Origin: Candidatus Woesearchaeota archaeon
GTDB lineage: Archaea; Nanobdellota; Nanobdellia; Woesearchaeales; GCA-2686295
Assembly: GCA_013202845.1 (NCBI GenBank)
Contig: JABMPT010000011.1
Coordinates: forward strand, 7,669 to 71,668
Direction of reading: 5' to 3'
Length of the DNA: 64,000 bases
Shown: positions 9,072 through 17,996 of the stretch, piece by piece
Position numbering within the stretch: position 1 is the first letter of the stretch
How the letters are laid out: each line of letters starts with the position of its first letter
Notes under the pieces: model-generated
Databases searched by the model: none
Told to the model about the DNA's origin: nothing
Seen by the model: only the letters and a program-made list of their open reading frames with translations
Position numbers and translations under genes: made by a program

Positions 9072-10268
9072 ATGGTAAAGTTGGAGCTTGAAGATTTTGA
9101 ATTTCGTGAAGAAGATGATAAAGTTAAATTCGTTTTTATGAGATATTACCATTTTCTCGTCGACAAATCTGATTTGGAAAAGATTGGTAAATTCAAGGTT
9201 CATAAGAACTTCATTGACTTCGATGCTTCTGAAAAAACCTTGACAAATAAGATTAACAGAATCCTGAAGATTGGTATGGATGAATTGACAAGTATTCTTG
9301 GAAAAAGAGCCATCTACATCCACAGGGATTCTGGAATACCCTTGCTTGGCACCAATGAATTTGGCATTGTTGACAGGGATACCAACATCATCGAAGTTAA
9401 ACCTCACACTCTTTGTAACTTAGACTGTATTTATTGCTCTGTTGATGCTGGAAAGTCATCCAGGAAAGTCACGGATTTCGTTGTAGAACCAGAATATTTA
9501 GTTCAAGAATTCAATAAAATAGCGTCGACAAAACAGCATCCTGTTGAGGCTTCGATAAATCCCCAGGGAGAGCCTTTAATGTATTCGAGATTAGTTGACC
9601 TGATTAAGGGTTTAAAGGCCTTAAAAAGCGTTAAAACAGCGTCTATAAACACCAATGGAACCCTGTTGACAGAGAAGCTCATAGATCAATTAGCAGAAGC
9701 TGGTTTAGATCGGATAAACCTGTCATTAAACACTGTAAATCAAGACACAGCAAACAAATTAGCAGGCAATGTATACCCTTTAGAAAAAGTTAAACATATA
9801 ATACTATATAGTAATAATAGGATAGAGATATTGATAGCTCCTTTGATTGTGCCAGGATACAATGATGGCCAGATAGAAGAAACTATAGAATTCTGCAAAG
9901 AAAACAATATAACAAGATTCGGTTTTCAGAATTTTTTTAATTATCAGAGAGGCAGAAACCCTGTAAAGCAAAAATCAATGGAATGGTTCCTCAAACTATT
10001 GAAAGAAAACGAAGAGAGATTCAATATAAAACTAGTGAACAAAGCAGAAGATTATGATATTCATGAAGACTCAAAAATTCCAAAACCTTTCAAGAAGAAT
10101 GATGTGGTGAATACTAGAATAGTATTACCTGGGAAATACGCTAACGAATCAATAGCTGTTTCAGAAGAGAGATGCATAACTGTCTCTGTAAAACCTAGAA
10201 GCAAGGATGTAAGAGTAAAAATAGTAAGAGACAAGCACAATATTTTCAGGGCTGTTCTAGCTACTTGA
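9072..10268 (+). CDS. Radical SAM protein with C-terminal TRAM-like domain (COG2100 type)
   Basis: GIPLLG..FGIVDR and CNLDCIYCSVD (CxxxCxxC), GEP, TNG; start may be GTG 9060. Confidence 0.85.
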   Translation: MVKLELEDFEFREEDDKVKFVFMRYYHFLVDKSDLEKIGKFKVHKNFIDFDASEKTLTNKINRILKIGMDELTSILGKRAIYIHRDSGIPLLGTNEFGIVDRDTNIIEVKPHTLCNLDCIYCSVDAGKSSRKVTDFVVEPEYLVQEFNKIASTKQHPVEASINPQGEPLMYSRLVDLIKGLKALKSVKTASINTNGTLLTEKLIDQLAEAGLDRINLSLNTVNQDTANKLAGNVYPLEKVKHIILYSNNRIEILIAPLIVPGYNDGQIEETIEFCKENNITRFGFQNFFNYQRGRNPVKQKSMEWFLKLLKENEERFNIKLVNKAEDYDIHEDSKIPKPFKKNDVVNTRIVLPGKYANESIAVSEERCITVSVKPRSKDVRVKIVRDKHNIFRAVLAT

Positions 10269-12063
10269 ACAACCCAATAAAGAAGTCAATTATCTTCCCG
10301 AAGAAGCCTTTTTTCTCCTCTTTCTCTTTATCTGAGCCAGTATCAATACTTACATCAGGAGTTTTTCCTGTAAGGTTTGCCTTAACTCTCAAAGTAGCCT
10401 CTTCTGTCTGGTTAACAATTCCTTCATAGTTGAGATGAGTTTTAAGACTATAAGTGCCTGGTTCTGTATCAACAGAAATTCTCACTTTATAGATATAGAA
10501 TTCTTCATCAGCACCAACACCCATTGTTAAGGTCTTCTCTGTCAAACCACTAATAACCTCAAAATCAGAAGGTAATTCTTCTTTCAATTCAATAACTGAT
10601 ATTTTCTGACCAAGATTCTTTGCTCCAACAGTAACAGTCACTTCTTCTCTTGGAACAACTTCAGTTTTACTGAGTGATTTTGATATGTCAAAACCAACAG
10701 TAACTGATTTAATTTTTATGCTGGCATTATCTTGAAAGTCAAAGAATTGAAAATTATGACTTCTATATCTCCCTCTAAAAGTAATGTCAAAAATCTCATC
10801 TTCGTCTACAGACAATCCTTTAATCTGCTCTTCAAAGACTTTCTTTGTCTCGCTAGGAGCTATTGATACAAGGTTAGCGCTTCTTGTTTCAAACATCGTG
10901 CTCTCGACTATACCGCTCATATCATAGAAAGACACTTCTGCAGGATTTGTCATAGTTGCAGTGATAGTGAATGGTGAACCTTCAAATACCTCTGTTCTTG
11001 AAAGGGATAATTCAAAAGTTGGCTTTGGCAGATTAATAGTTACATTTAATTTTTTATCATCAGTGAAAACCTCATCTCTGATGTTCATAATAATCTGTGG
11101 AGAGAATTCATGAACACCTTCAAAGCCACTTTTCATCGTCACAAAAAATGTCTCAGACTCTCCGGGTTGAAGATTAAAATCATGTTCGATATTCCTAGAT
11201 TTGCTAAGATCACTTGAAACCTCCTCAACAGTAACCTCTTCAGGAATCACAAAATTGAAATCAACACTCATAGCGTCATCCCAATCATCATTGGTAACTG
11301 TCAAAGTATACGTGAAAAGTTCCTCCAAACCCACTTCTGATTCACTCATCGACGAAGAAACAGAAACAGGAGAGTTAATGCTTATGGTCGAAGATGATGA
11401 ATCTTCTGTGAATTCAGAGTCTTCATATTCATATGTCAATGTTCCATTCTCCAACTTTATACTATCATAACTATTGGGTTTTATATTATAAATGAAACTC
11501 CTTGAATCTCCTGCTGTTAATATAGGCCTTGTCCAGGTTATTACATTGTTTTGCGCGGTTAATCCTTCTGGCAGCACTGATATAAATGCAGTTCCTGGGA
11601 TGATCTCTTCAAATTCAAGGTTGTTAATAACCAATTCACCATTATTTTTAATTGTGATAGTTACTAATGCCTTACCATCACGATTTATCTCGCTATCAAC
11701 ACTTCTTGTTATGCTAACACTTGGTTTCTTTGAGAATATTTGTACTTTGATTGCAGGTTCCCATATCAAAGTGTTAGGTATTGGTCTTCCATAATCATTG
11801 TAATCAAGCTTTGTTCCCATAAAACAGTACTGATAATAAGCAGTGTCTTCACAAGTGCCATTATAAACATAGAAAACCTCGAACTCATTCTTATGGAGAA
11901 TTAATACTTCCTCTCCATTTGCTAATCCAACATAGTATATATCATCTTCAACCTGAAAAGTATCTAAAGTATAGACATAGTCATCAAACAAGTTATCAAA
12001 TCCTAGAACATTGCTGGAACTAATGATTAAAAATAGTAGAACAACAACACCTCTTAATTTCAT
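10261..12063 (-). CDS. Secreted protein with tandem Ig-like (DUF11/BatD-like) domains, probably S-layer associated
   Basis: Signal peptide; repeated V.ITIKN.G / YTLTVTN beta-sandwich motifs; C-terminal amphipathic KKGFFGKIIDFFIGLF tail. Confidence 0.6.
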   Translation of the reverse strand: MKLRGVVVLLFLIISSSNVLGFDNLFDDYVYTLDTFQVEDDIYYVGLANGEEVLILHKNEFEVFYVYNGTCEDTAYYQYCFMGTKLDYNDYGRPIPNTLIWEPAIKVQIFSKKPSVSITRSVDSEINRDGKALVTITIKNNGELVINNLEFEEIIPGTAFISVLPEGLTAQNNVITWTRPILTAGDSRSFIYNIKPNSYDSIKLENGTLTYEYEDSEFTEDSSSSTISINSPVSVSSSMSESEVGLEELFTYTLTVTNDDWDDAMSVDFNFVIPEEVTVEEVSSDLSKSRNIEHDFNLQPGESETFFVTMKSGFEGVHEFSPQIIMNIRDEVFTDDKKLNVTINLPKPTFELSLSRTEVFEGSPFTITATMTNPAEVSFYDMSGIVESTMFETRSANLVSIAPSETKKVFEEQIKGLSVDEDEIFDITFRGRYRSHNFQFFDFQDNASIKIKSVTVGFDISKSLSKTEVVPREEVTVTVGAKNLGQKISVIELKEELPSDFEVISGLTEKTLTMGVGADEEFYIYKVRISVDTEPGTYSLKTHLNYEGIVNQTEEATLRVKANLTGKTPDVSIDTGSDKEKEEKKGFFGKIIDFFIGLFK

Positions 12064-12108
12064 ACAGTTATTCTAATATAGTTATTATATAAACTTTTTG
12101 AAAAGTTT

Positions 12109-12136
12109 AAAAGAAAAAGAAAAAAAAAGAAAAAAA
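12109..12136 (-). terminator. Oligo-T terminator of the S-layer gene
   Basis: Long A-run on + (T-run on -) just after the S-layer stop at 12147. Confidence 0.55.
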
Positions 12137-12146
12137 TTCAGTCGAC

Positions 12147-14435
12147 TTATGCGACTGGGTTCACACTGATGCTTGATAGGCTTGGTACGACAACTTCCAC
12201 TTCAGAACCACTTAAAGCCCAGTCAGCATAATCTGCTAGAACTCTTGAAGCTCCTTGTGTGTCCATTGCACTGTATCCTGCAACCAAGACTGCGTTGTTG
12301 TCTGCGTAAAACCTTATAATGGCTTTACCTTCTTCGAAACCTTCAACACAGTTTGCCGGGTTACCCATCAATTCTGCTGCTACAGTGTTAGCACATGGTC
12401 CACCAACTACAATCATTGGTGTGCTTCCAAGTGTTGGAGCGTCTGTGTCTAGGACACCGATTCCAACTCCGATTGGATTCACGTTGTAGTAAGTTGCACC
12501 TGCAATTCCACTACTTAATGAAACAGCTGCGCCTGGTCCTGCTAAGTAGACAGCATAATCTGTATCCTCTGCTGGAATCCATAGCTCTAACTCTGTGCTC
12601 TCGTCAGCTTCGTGCTTGTAGTATGCACCGTACTCACCTACACCATAGTAGTAGTCACCATCATCATCGTCATCTGCATCGCCGTCCCATGATCCTGGTC
12701 TTGCAACGTTTATCTCGTCATCTGTGGTGTCATAGCTTATTTCAATTGTGTAGACATCTCCTGCTACTTCATCGCTGTTTACTGCTTGCTCGTCTTCAGT
12801 AACAGTTATGGTTTGTGTCAAAGCTTGAGCAGTTGTTGTAAACGTAACCAATGCACCTGATTTGGTGTAAAAGTCTGTTTCTGACGCTGCTGATAAATTA
12901 ACAACATCATCTGCATCAATTGTTATGGTTGTGCTTGTATCAGCAAGTGTGTCTCCACTACCAACAGTTAAGCTCTGGCCTGAACCAATGTCTTTGAAGT
13001 CTGCCTCATCATCGCTCAAGTCTGCTCCTTTGAATTCGAAAATTCTAGAAACAGGCTCTGAACTTGAAGAGTCTTCTTCCAAGATGAAGATACTGTCCTT
13101 TGCTACGCTGTTCAATGCGGCAAATACCCAGTCATCACCAGCACTTATGTTGACGGTCCCATCATACATGTATGGTGAGAACAGGTACTCAGTACCATCT
13201 GCGTTGATAAGGGTAACTTCCAAATCGTCACCACTTGACTTCAACCTAACGTAGTCTCTGGAGTCTGCTGTGAAGCCTGGAATAGCTTCCACAAAGTTAA
13301 CTTCAAAGCCGAACAATGGGTCAGTGAAAGTATCTCCTAGAGCCAACCAGTCATAGTCCTCGCCAGTGTCTGCGTTTGCTACTTGTTCAGCGTCTACTCG
13401 GAACTGTATTCTTGAAACATCAGTTTCGTTTCCAGTCATGTAGACTTCAACACCGTCAAGATCTTCGTCATCAACTTGGACATCTTCCCAATCTGCGAAT
13501 GTTGATCCTAGGTTCAACTCTTTGCTTCCAATGAACAGATTTGCTGATGCACTTTCTCCACCGACTGTGGAAATAAACACATCCTGGACATAAATTTGCA
13601 ATCCACCGATTGTTTTTGTAGCACCTACACCCACTGATTTTGCAGCTCCGTTCACAGATATGTGAACTTCTGAATCATCAGAGTTTGCTCCTACGATGTT
13701 CAAGGTGTATGTTGTACCATCGACTTCAATGTCAATAGGGTTGTTCAAAGAGACTGTTTGTGTAACATCACTACCAAATAGAATCATATCATCACCAGTA
13801 GCTATGTTTTTAACAGTCCATGCAGTTCCAAACATAAATAGGTCTTCACTATCATCTAAGAGTAGCCAATTTGCATCATCTCCTGCATCAAAGTCTATGT
13901 CAAATGTCAATATGTAATCTGTACCTGCATTATTTAAGTCCAGATACAAAACTGGGTCATCATAGACATCATTGTCAACCAAGCCAAACGACATGGTTTC
14001 GTTTCCTAGTGTTACTTCCTGTGCGAAGTCAAATTCTTGTCCATCATCATCTTCAAGGACTCCATCAGCCAATAGGCTTGAGAAGTCATCATCGTCAATT
14101 GATGACGCACTAAAAGAATCTCCGTAGTTAAAGTCTTGGTTGTTAGCATCTTCTATTAAGACTCCACCTTCGACAGTAGCAGTCGCTGCTGTTGCAGCTA
14201 TGCTGACACCAGTTTTTGCGTCTGCTTGCAGACTAGCTGAGATATCAATTGCTCCCAGAACATCTGATGTGGCTGCATTTGCTCCTACAATGATCTTACC
14301 GCTAAACATGCCATTCTGGACGAATGGGGCCGGGTAGCCACTGAGGTCAGCAGTTGCGCCCATAATAGTTGCACCTATCATGGTTAAACCGCTTCCAAGC
14401 GCCACAATTTTCTTTATCGCTTTTTTCACGTTCAT
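12147..14435 (-). CDS. S-layer protein (Methanococcales/Thermococcales-type N- and C-terminal domains)
   Basis: KKIVALGSG signal, YPAPFV...IIVGANAATSDVLGAIDI N-domain, IVVGGPCAN...VLVAGYSAMDT C-domain; highly acidic; strong GGAGGTG RBS. Confidence 0.9.
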   Translation of the reverse strand: MNVKKAIKKIVALGSGLTMIGATIMGATADLSGYPAPFVQNGMFSGKIIVGANAATSDVLGAIDISASLQADAKTGVSIAATAATATVEGGVLIEDANNQDFNYGDSFSASSIDDDDFSSLLADGVLEDDDGQEFDFAQEVTLGNETMSFGLVDNDVYDDPVLYLDLNNAGTDYILTFDIDFDAGDDANWLLLDDSEDLFMFGTAWTVKNIATGDDMILFGSDVTQTVSLNNPIDIEVDGTTYTLNIVGANSDDSEVHISVNGAAKSVGVGATKTIGGLQIYVQDVFISTVGGESASANLFIGSKELNLGSTFADWEDVQVDDEDLDGVEVYMTGNETDVSRIQFRVDAEQVANADTGEDYDWLALGDTFTDPLFGFEVNFVEAIPGFTADSRDYVRLKSSGDDLEVTLINADGTEYLFSPYMYDGTVNISAGDDWVFAALNSVAKDSIFILEEDSSSSEPVSRIFEFKGADLSDDEADFKDIGSGQSLTVGSGDTLADTSTTITIDADDVVNLSAASETDFYTKSGALVTFTTTAQALTQTITVTEDEQAVNSDEVAGDVYTIEISYDTTDDEINVARPGSWDGDADDDDDGDYYYGVGEYGAYYKHEADESTELELWIPAEDTDYAVYLAGPGAAVSLSSGIAGATYYNVNPIGVGIGVLDTDAPTLGSTPMIVVGGPCANTVAAELMGNPANCVEGFEEGKAIIRFYADNNAVLVAGYSAMDTQGASRVLADYADWALSGSEVEVVVPSLSSISVNPVA

Positions 14436-14555
14436 TTAAACACCTCCGTGTTTTTCGATTTTGACTATAAACATAGTTCACATACAAGGTTTGCGCTAAT
14501 GGTTTAGACGCACCAAACCATTAATTTAAGCCCCTGTATACTTCTATATAGTCAT
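14436..14555 (-). promoter_or_regulatory. Structured 5' leader of the S-layer mRNA
   Basis: Nested inverted repeats UGACUAUA/UAUAGUCA, AUACAGGG/CCUUGUAU and UAAUGGUUU/AAACCAUUA, plus an AAACAC-GGAG-GUGUUU hairpin over the RBS; TTTATAAA box near 14590. Confidence 0.55.
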
Positions 14556-14921
14556 TTCTACCGTGTAACCCGGTTATAGATTTAACTAATTTATAAAGTT
14601 TTCGATAGAACAAGGTGTGAAGAGGTATTATCTTTCGTTTCAGGGCTTGTAGTCGTGAAATTCATGGTTCTAGGCCTTTCATTCCTAAGACGTAATAAAC
14701 AATTTTTTGTGTTTTTCATTTAAAAGCTTTTTGTTTTTTATTTTTAAATAAACTGGTAATTTTTATGATTTTGAAAAAACTAAAAAAATATCATACTTTT
14801 TCTGCAAAAACGGTCATTTCCGTTTTCACCATCATGCTCCCGTTGGTCGCGATGCTTCGCATCAAAGCTGGGTGGCCTTGTGCCACACTAGGTGTCAACG
14901 GACGATACCGTTGTAAGATTA

Positions 14922-15005
14922 TGCGGGGAGTAGGATTCGAACCCACGTAGGTACTAAACCAACAGGTCCTAAGCCTGTCCCGTTTGGCCACTCCGGCATC
15001 CCCGC
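14922..15005 (-). tRNA. tRNA-Leu (anticodon TAG), no intron, CCA not encoded
   Basis: GCGGGGA acceptor stem, ACAGG-CTTAGGA-CCTGT anticodon arm, long variable arm, GGTTCGAATCC T-loop. Confidence 0.96.
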
Positions 15006-15057
15006 GTGTAACTCCTCGTAGAAATTTTTGGTTTAAAAACTTTTCTAAGAATTAGAA

Positions 15058-15222
15058 TTATTTCTTCTGCCAAGAATATGTTCTTTGTCTAGAACTGTTT
15101 CCATAACCGCATGAACTGCATCTTTTCTTCCTAATATGATAAGCTCTTGTTCCACATCGTCTGCAAACTATGTGTGATTTTTTACCAGATTTCTTACCCA
15201 TAGAAGGAGTTCCTTTACTCAT
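15058..15222 (-). CDS. rpl37e: 50S ribosomal protein L37e
   Basis: Hand translation MSKGTPSMGKKSGKKSHIVCRRCGTRAYHIRKKRCSSCGYG...YSWQKK; follows the Lsm gene as usual. Confidence 0.95.
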   Translation of the reverse strand: MSKGTPSMGKKSGKKSHIVCRRCGTRAYHIRKKRCSSCGYGNSSRQRTYSWQKK

Positions 15223-15232
15223 CTTTCATCAC

Positions 15233-15457
15233 TTATTGTGGAGCTATTAAAGTTATTGTATCTCCTCTTAGGAATATCGTCCCTATCTTTCTCTTCAGCT
15301 CTCCGTCAACGTATTCTTCAGCGTCATCCAGAACTGTGTTTATGTGGATGTCAAAAGCAATAAGCGTTCCTCTGAATTGCTTGCTGTTCTTCAACTCTAC
15401 TATGACTTTTTTGTTTCTTGCTTTGTTTAATGCGTCTAAAGGTCTCGATGGTTCCAT
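15233..15457 (-). CDS. Sm-like archaeal protein (SmAP1/Lsm)
   Basis: RPLDAL...GTLIAFDIHINTVL...IFLRGD. Confidence 0.93.
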   Translation of the reverse strand: MEPSRPLDALNKARNKKVIVELKNSKQFRGTLIAFDIHINTVLDDAEEYVDGELKRKIGTIFLRGDTITLIAPQ

Positions 15458-15567
15458 AATAATATCACCCTTTGTTGTCGAGTATTTATAATGTATTTAT
15501 AAAAGTTACTAAAAAAGATAAGCTTTTTTAGAACTTCAGAAATCTTTGATTTCTGTAAGTTGCTAAT

Positions 15568-15843
15568 TTATTCTATCCTGAACAATGCTGGTTGTATCCA
15601 CTCCTTCCTGCATCTCGGACATTTCGAAGGTGTTTTTATCCTGTTTCTCTCCTTGAACGGAAATCCACAACTCTTGCATGCAGCTGGTTTTCTCATAAGT
15701 TTCTTTGGCCTTATGGTTTGCTCTACATGTTGTACATCCTCGAGAATTTCCTTCAGATCCGTTCTGAAATGGTTAGCTATCGCTTGTAATGATGATTCTC
15801 TCTCTGTAAGAAGTTGTACTATCTCTTCTCTGCGGGTTAGCAT
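15568..15843 (-). CDS. HTH plus Zn-ribbon transcriptional regulator (COG3357 type)
   Basis: TRREEI...PAACKSCGF...PSKCPRCRKEWI. Confidence 0.85.
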   Translation of the reverse strand: MLTRREEIVQLLTERESSLQAIANHFRTDLKEILEDVQHVEQTIRPKKLMRKPAACKSCGFPFKERNRIKTPSKCPRCRKEWIQPALFRIE

Positions 15844-16097
15844 TATTCTGTGACCTTGAACACTTTGTCGTGTTCTCTAACATGCTCTTTGACTTTCAGG
15901 CCAATGCTCTTTCCCTTTTTTGCTTCCTCTATCTTTTCCTGCTCTATCTGCATCGAAGCAACTTTTTGTGTGAAATCACTGGTCGCACCTTTAATATGAA
16001 TGCTGTCTCCTACCTTCAAAGAATTCTTTGTTATCTCTACAACTCCGACTTTTATATGTGTGAAATAATGTGTTACAACACCTATTTCTTTTTCCAT
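15843..16097 (-). CDS. Small beta-barrel protein (translation elongation factor-like / U32 C-terminal-like)
   Basis: IGVVTHYF.HIKVGV...LKVGD.IHIKG.TSDF.Q.V.SMQI...VREHDKVF. Confidence 0.75.
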   Translation of the reverse strand: MEKEIGVVTHYFTHIKVGVVEITKNSLKVGDSIHIKGATSDFTQKVASMQIEQEKIEEAKKGKSIGLKVKEHVREHDKVFKVTE

Positions 16098-16160
16098 TCT
16101 TCCACCCCCATGTATTCACAGCTGATAAAGTTTATAAATTTAATGCTTTTCAGGGTTAAA

Positions 16161-16871
16161 ATGATAGTTATTTTGACTGATTTCGGGGATGATGAGTATG
16201 TTGGCGTTATGAAAGGTGTTATATACAGTATATGCGAAAATGCCAAGATCACTGACTTGTTTAACTATGTCAAACCACAATGCGTGAAAGAAGGAGCATG
16301 GATTCTATATAATAACTATAAGTTCTTCCCTAAAGGAAGCATCTTCTTGTGCGTTGTTGATCCTGGAGTTGGCAGTGAGAGACAGGGAGTTGTTATCAAG
16401 ACAAAGAACTATTATTTTGTAGGCCCTGATAACGGTTTGATGTTTTCAGCTGCAAAGAAGGATGGTGTTGAATACGTTGTAAAGCTTGATGCGAGCAAGG
16501 CTTCCAAAACATTTCACGGCCGTGATGTCTTTGCAAAAGCAGCTGCTTTGCTGGAGAAAGGTGATGATGTCAGCGGTGAAGAAACTGTTTTGAAAGAGGA
16601 ACTAGAGTTTGACAAAAATGGAGAAGTTGTAAGGATTGATGGTTTTGGCAACATTGTCACAAATATACAAAAGCTAAAGGAAAATAATTACACTCTAATT
16701 GTCAATAACAAAAATTTAAAACTAAAACTTTACAACAACTACTCTGAAGCTCCTGATGATGAACTATTTTTAGTTGAGGGAAGCTGCAAGACATTGGAGA
16801 TATCAGTGAAGAACAGCAGCGCTGCTGAGAAGTTGAAGGTTGAAGTTGGTGATAAGGTTAGAATTAACTAA
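16161..16871 (+). CDS. SAM hydroxide adenosyltransferase / halogenase family (DUF62)
   Basis: ILTDFG, VVDPGVGS.R, GPDNG, TFHGRDVFA and IDGFGN motifs; start moved to ATG 16161. Confidence 0.9.
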   Translation: MIVILTDFGDDEYVGVMKGVIYSICENAKITDLFNYVKPQCVKEGAWILYNNYKFFPKGSIFLCVVDPGVGSERQGVVIKTKNYYFVGPDNGLMFSAAKKDGVEYVVKLDASKASKTFHGRDVFAKAAALLEKGDDVSGEETVLKEELEFDKNGEVVRIDGFGNIVTNIQKLKENNYTLIVNNKNLKLKLYNNYSEAPDDELFLVEGSCKTLEISVKNSSAAEKLKVEVGDKVRIN

Positions 16872-17499
16872 CTAGAATTCTTTTTAATTCATCCAATTCT
16901 ATATCTGATAAAGGTTCCTTGTATAACTCATTAACTAACCACAAACCGCTTTCGCGTATTTTTTCTTTTGGTGAGAATAAACCCAACCAGTTTTTCGAGG
17001 GTTCACACTCATCACATAATGAAACTGTGGAAATAATTTTTGATTCTAGTTTGAGTCTTTTTTCTTTATCATCAACTGGAAAAACAACAAAAAAGAAATT
17101 ATTTTGAATACATTTTGTCACTTCCTTCTCAACTGTTTTTTGCTTATCAAAATCAACGCTTTTAGAATATTTTTGCCGTTGTTTTTTAGGTGTTAGATCC
17201 AATTCCCATTTTTTAAGAAAAGAATCTTTTTTCTTGTTAAGTAGGGCCCGACCAATATTTTTTCGAAATATACTTCTGTCCTTGTTTTCTCTGATGAAAT
17301 GTTGCTCAAGTCTTGACCTAAGTTGGTTTGGTCCTGTATGTGTTCCTATCCTCACTATTCTATTAGTATTGTGGCCTGATTCCCCCTTTTCAAACAATAA
17401 ATATATTCCATTAAGAGGAATTTTAGTTTTGTCAAAAGGAAAATGATATTTCTTCAACCTATTGAACCATTGATGTAGTTGTTCACAATTCTTACTCAT
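16864..17499 (-). CDS. Hypothetical protein with GIY-YIG-like N-terminal motif
   Basis: GIYLLF...IVRIGTH...LRSRL.QHF...SIFRKNIGRAL; later LESKII Glu. Confidence 0.5.
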   Translation of the reverse strand: MSKNCEQLHQWFNRLKKYHFPFDKTKIPLNGIYLLFEKGESGHNTNRIVRIGTHTGPNQLRSRLEQHFIRENKDRSIFRKNIGRALLNKKKDSFLKKWELDLTPKKQRQKYSKSVDFDKQKTVEKEVTKCIQNNFFFVVFPVDDKEKRLKLESKIISTVSLCDECEPSKNWLGLFSPKEKIRESGLWLVNELYKEPLSDIELDELKRILVS

Positions 17500-17911
17500 T
17501 TGAAACCCTTTTCTTTAGATATTTTAGTTGTTTGCCAATTCCCAATCCTTGCAATGGAATTTTATAATGAGATAAGTGAGGTAATAAATATTTTCGATAT
17601 CTTTCTCCTGCTAAGAACAGAAATAAATCTTTTTTGATATTGGTCTTTTTAGATAATTGTTTTATGACTTTTTCTGCCCATAACTTGTTTTTATCTCTAG
17701 ACATATCATTCAGAGTTTCATTGTATGGTTCAAAAGAATCTTCTAGATTTGTAAGCCCATATTTTGCTGATAATATGAAAATCTTGTCAGGATTTAATGA
17801 TTGAGCATATCTTAAGTTGTATTTGAAGAGCGGACTTATGTAAAGTTCTTTGGCTTTAGCCTTATAAGAAAGCTTCTTCTTCACACAAGATATTAAAATA
17901 ATATTATTCAT
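17492..17911 (-). CDS. DUF6884-like protein
   Basis: LISCVKKK...AKELY.SPLF...ILSAKYGL...EPYNETL...LAGERY...PLQGLGIGKQL. Confidence 0.75.
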   Translation of the reverse strand: MNNIILISCVKKKLSYKAKAKELYISPLFKYNLRYAQSLNPDKIFILSAKYGLTNLEDSFEPYNETLNDMSRDKNKLWAEKVIKQLSKKTNIKKDLFLFLAGERYRKYLLPHLSHYKIPLQGLGIGKQLKYLKKRVSNE

Positions 17912-17996
17912 GTACAGTATAAATCAATATCATATTATAAAGCTATTCCATAAACGAAAGTAAAAATATTAAAACTTCGAATCATTAATTATTTTC

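Noticed and set aside
14765-14991. Short ORFs 14765..14950 (+) and 14791..14991 (-)
   Set aside because: They overlap tRNA-Leu and the structured element; no protein features
15870-16160. N-terminal extension of the DUF62 ORF given in the track
   Set aside because: It overlaps the opposite-strand gene at 15843..16097; the family motif begins at ATG 16161
16161-16871. Fluorinase/chlorinase activity
   Set aside because: The common archaeal DUF62 members are SAM hydrolases; nothing visible here supports halogenase specificity
14922-17911. tRNA-anchored integrative element
   Set aside because: No integrase and no duplicate of the tRNA 3' end seen; flanking genes are housekeeping
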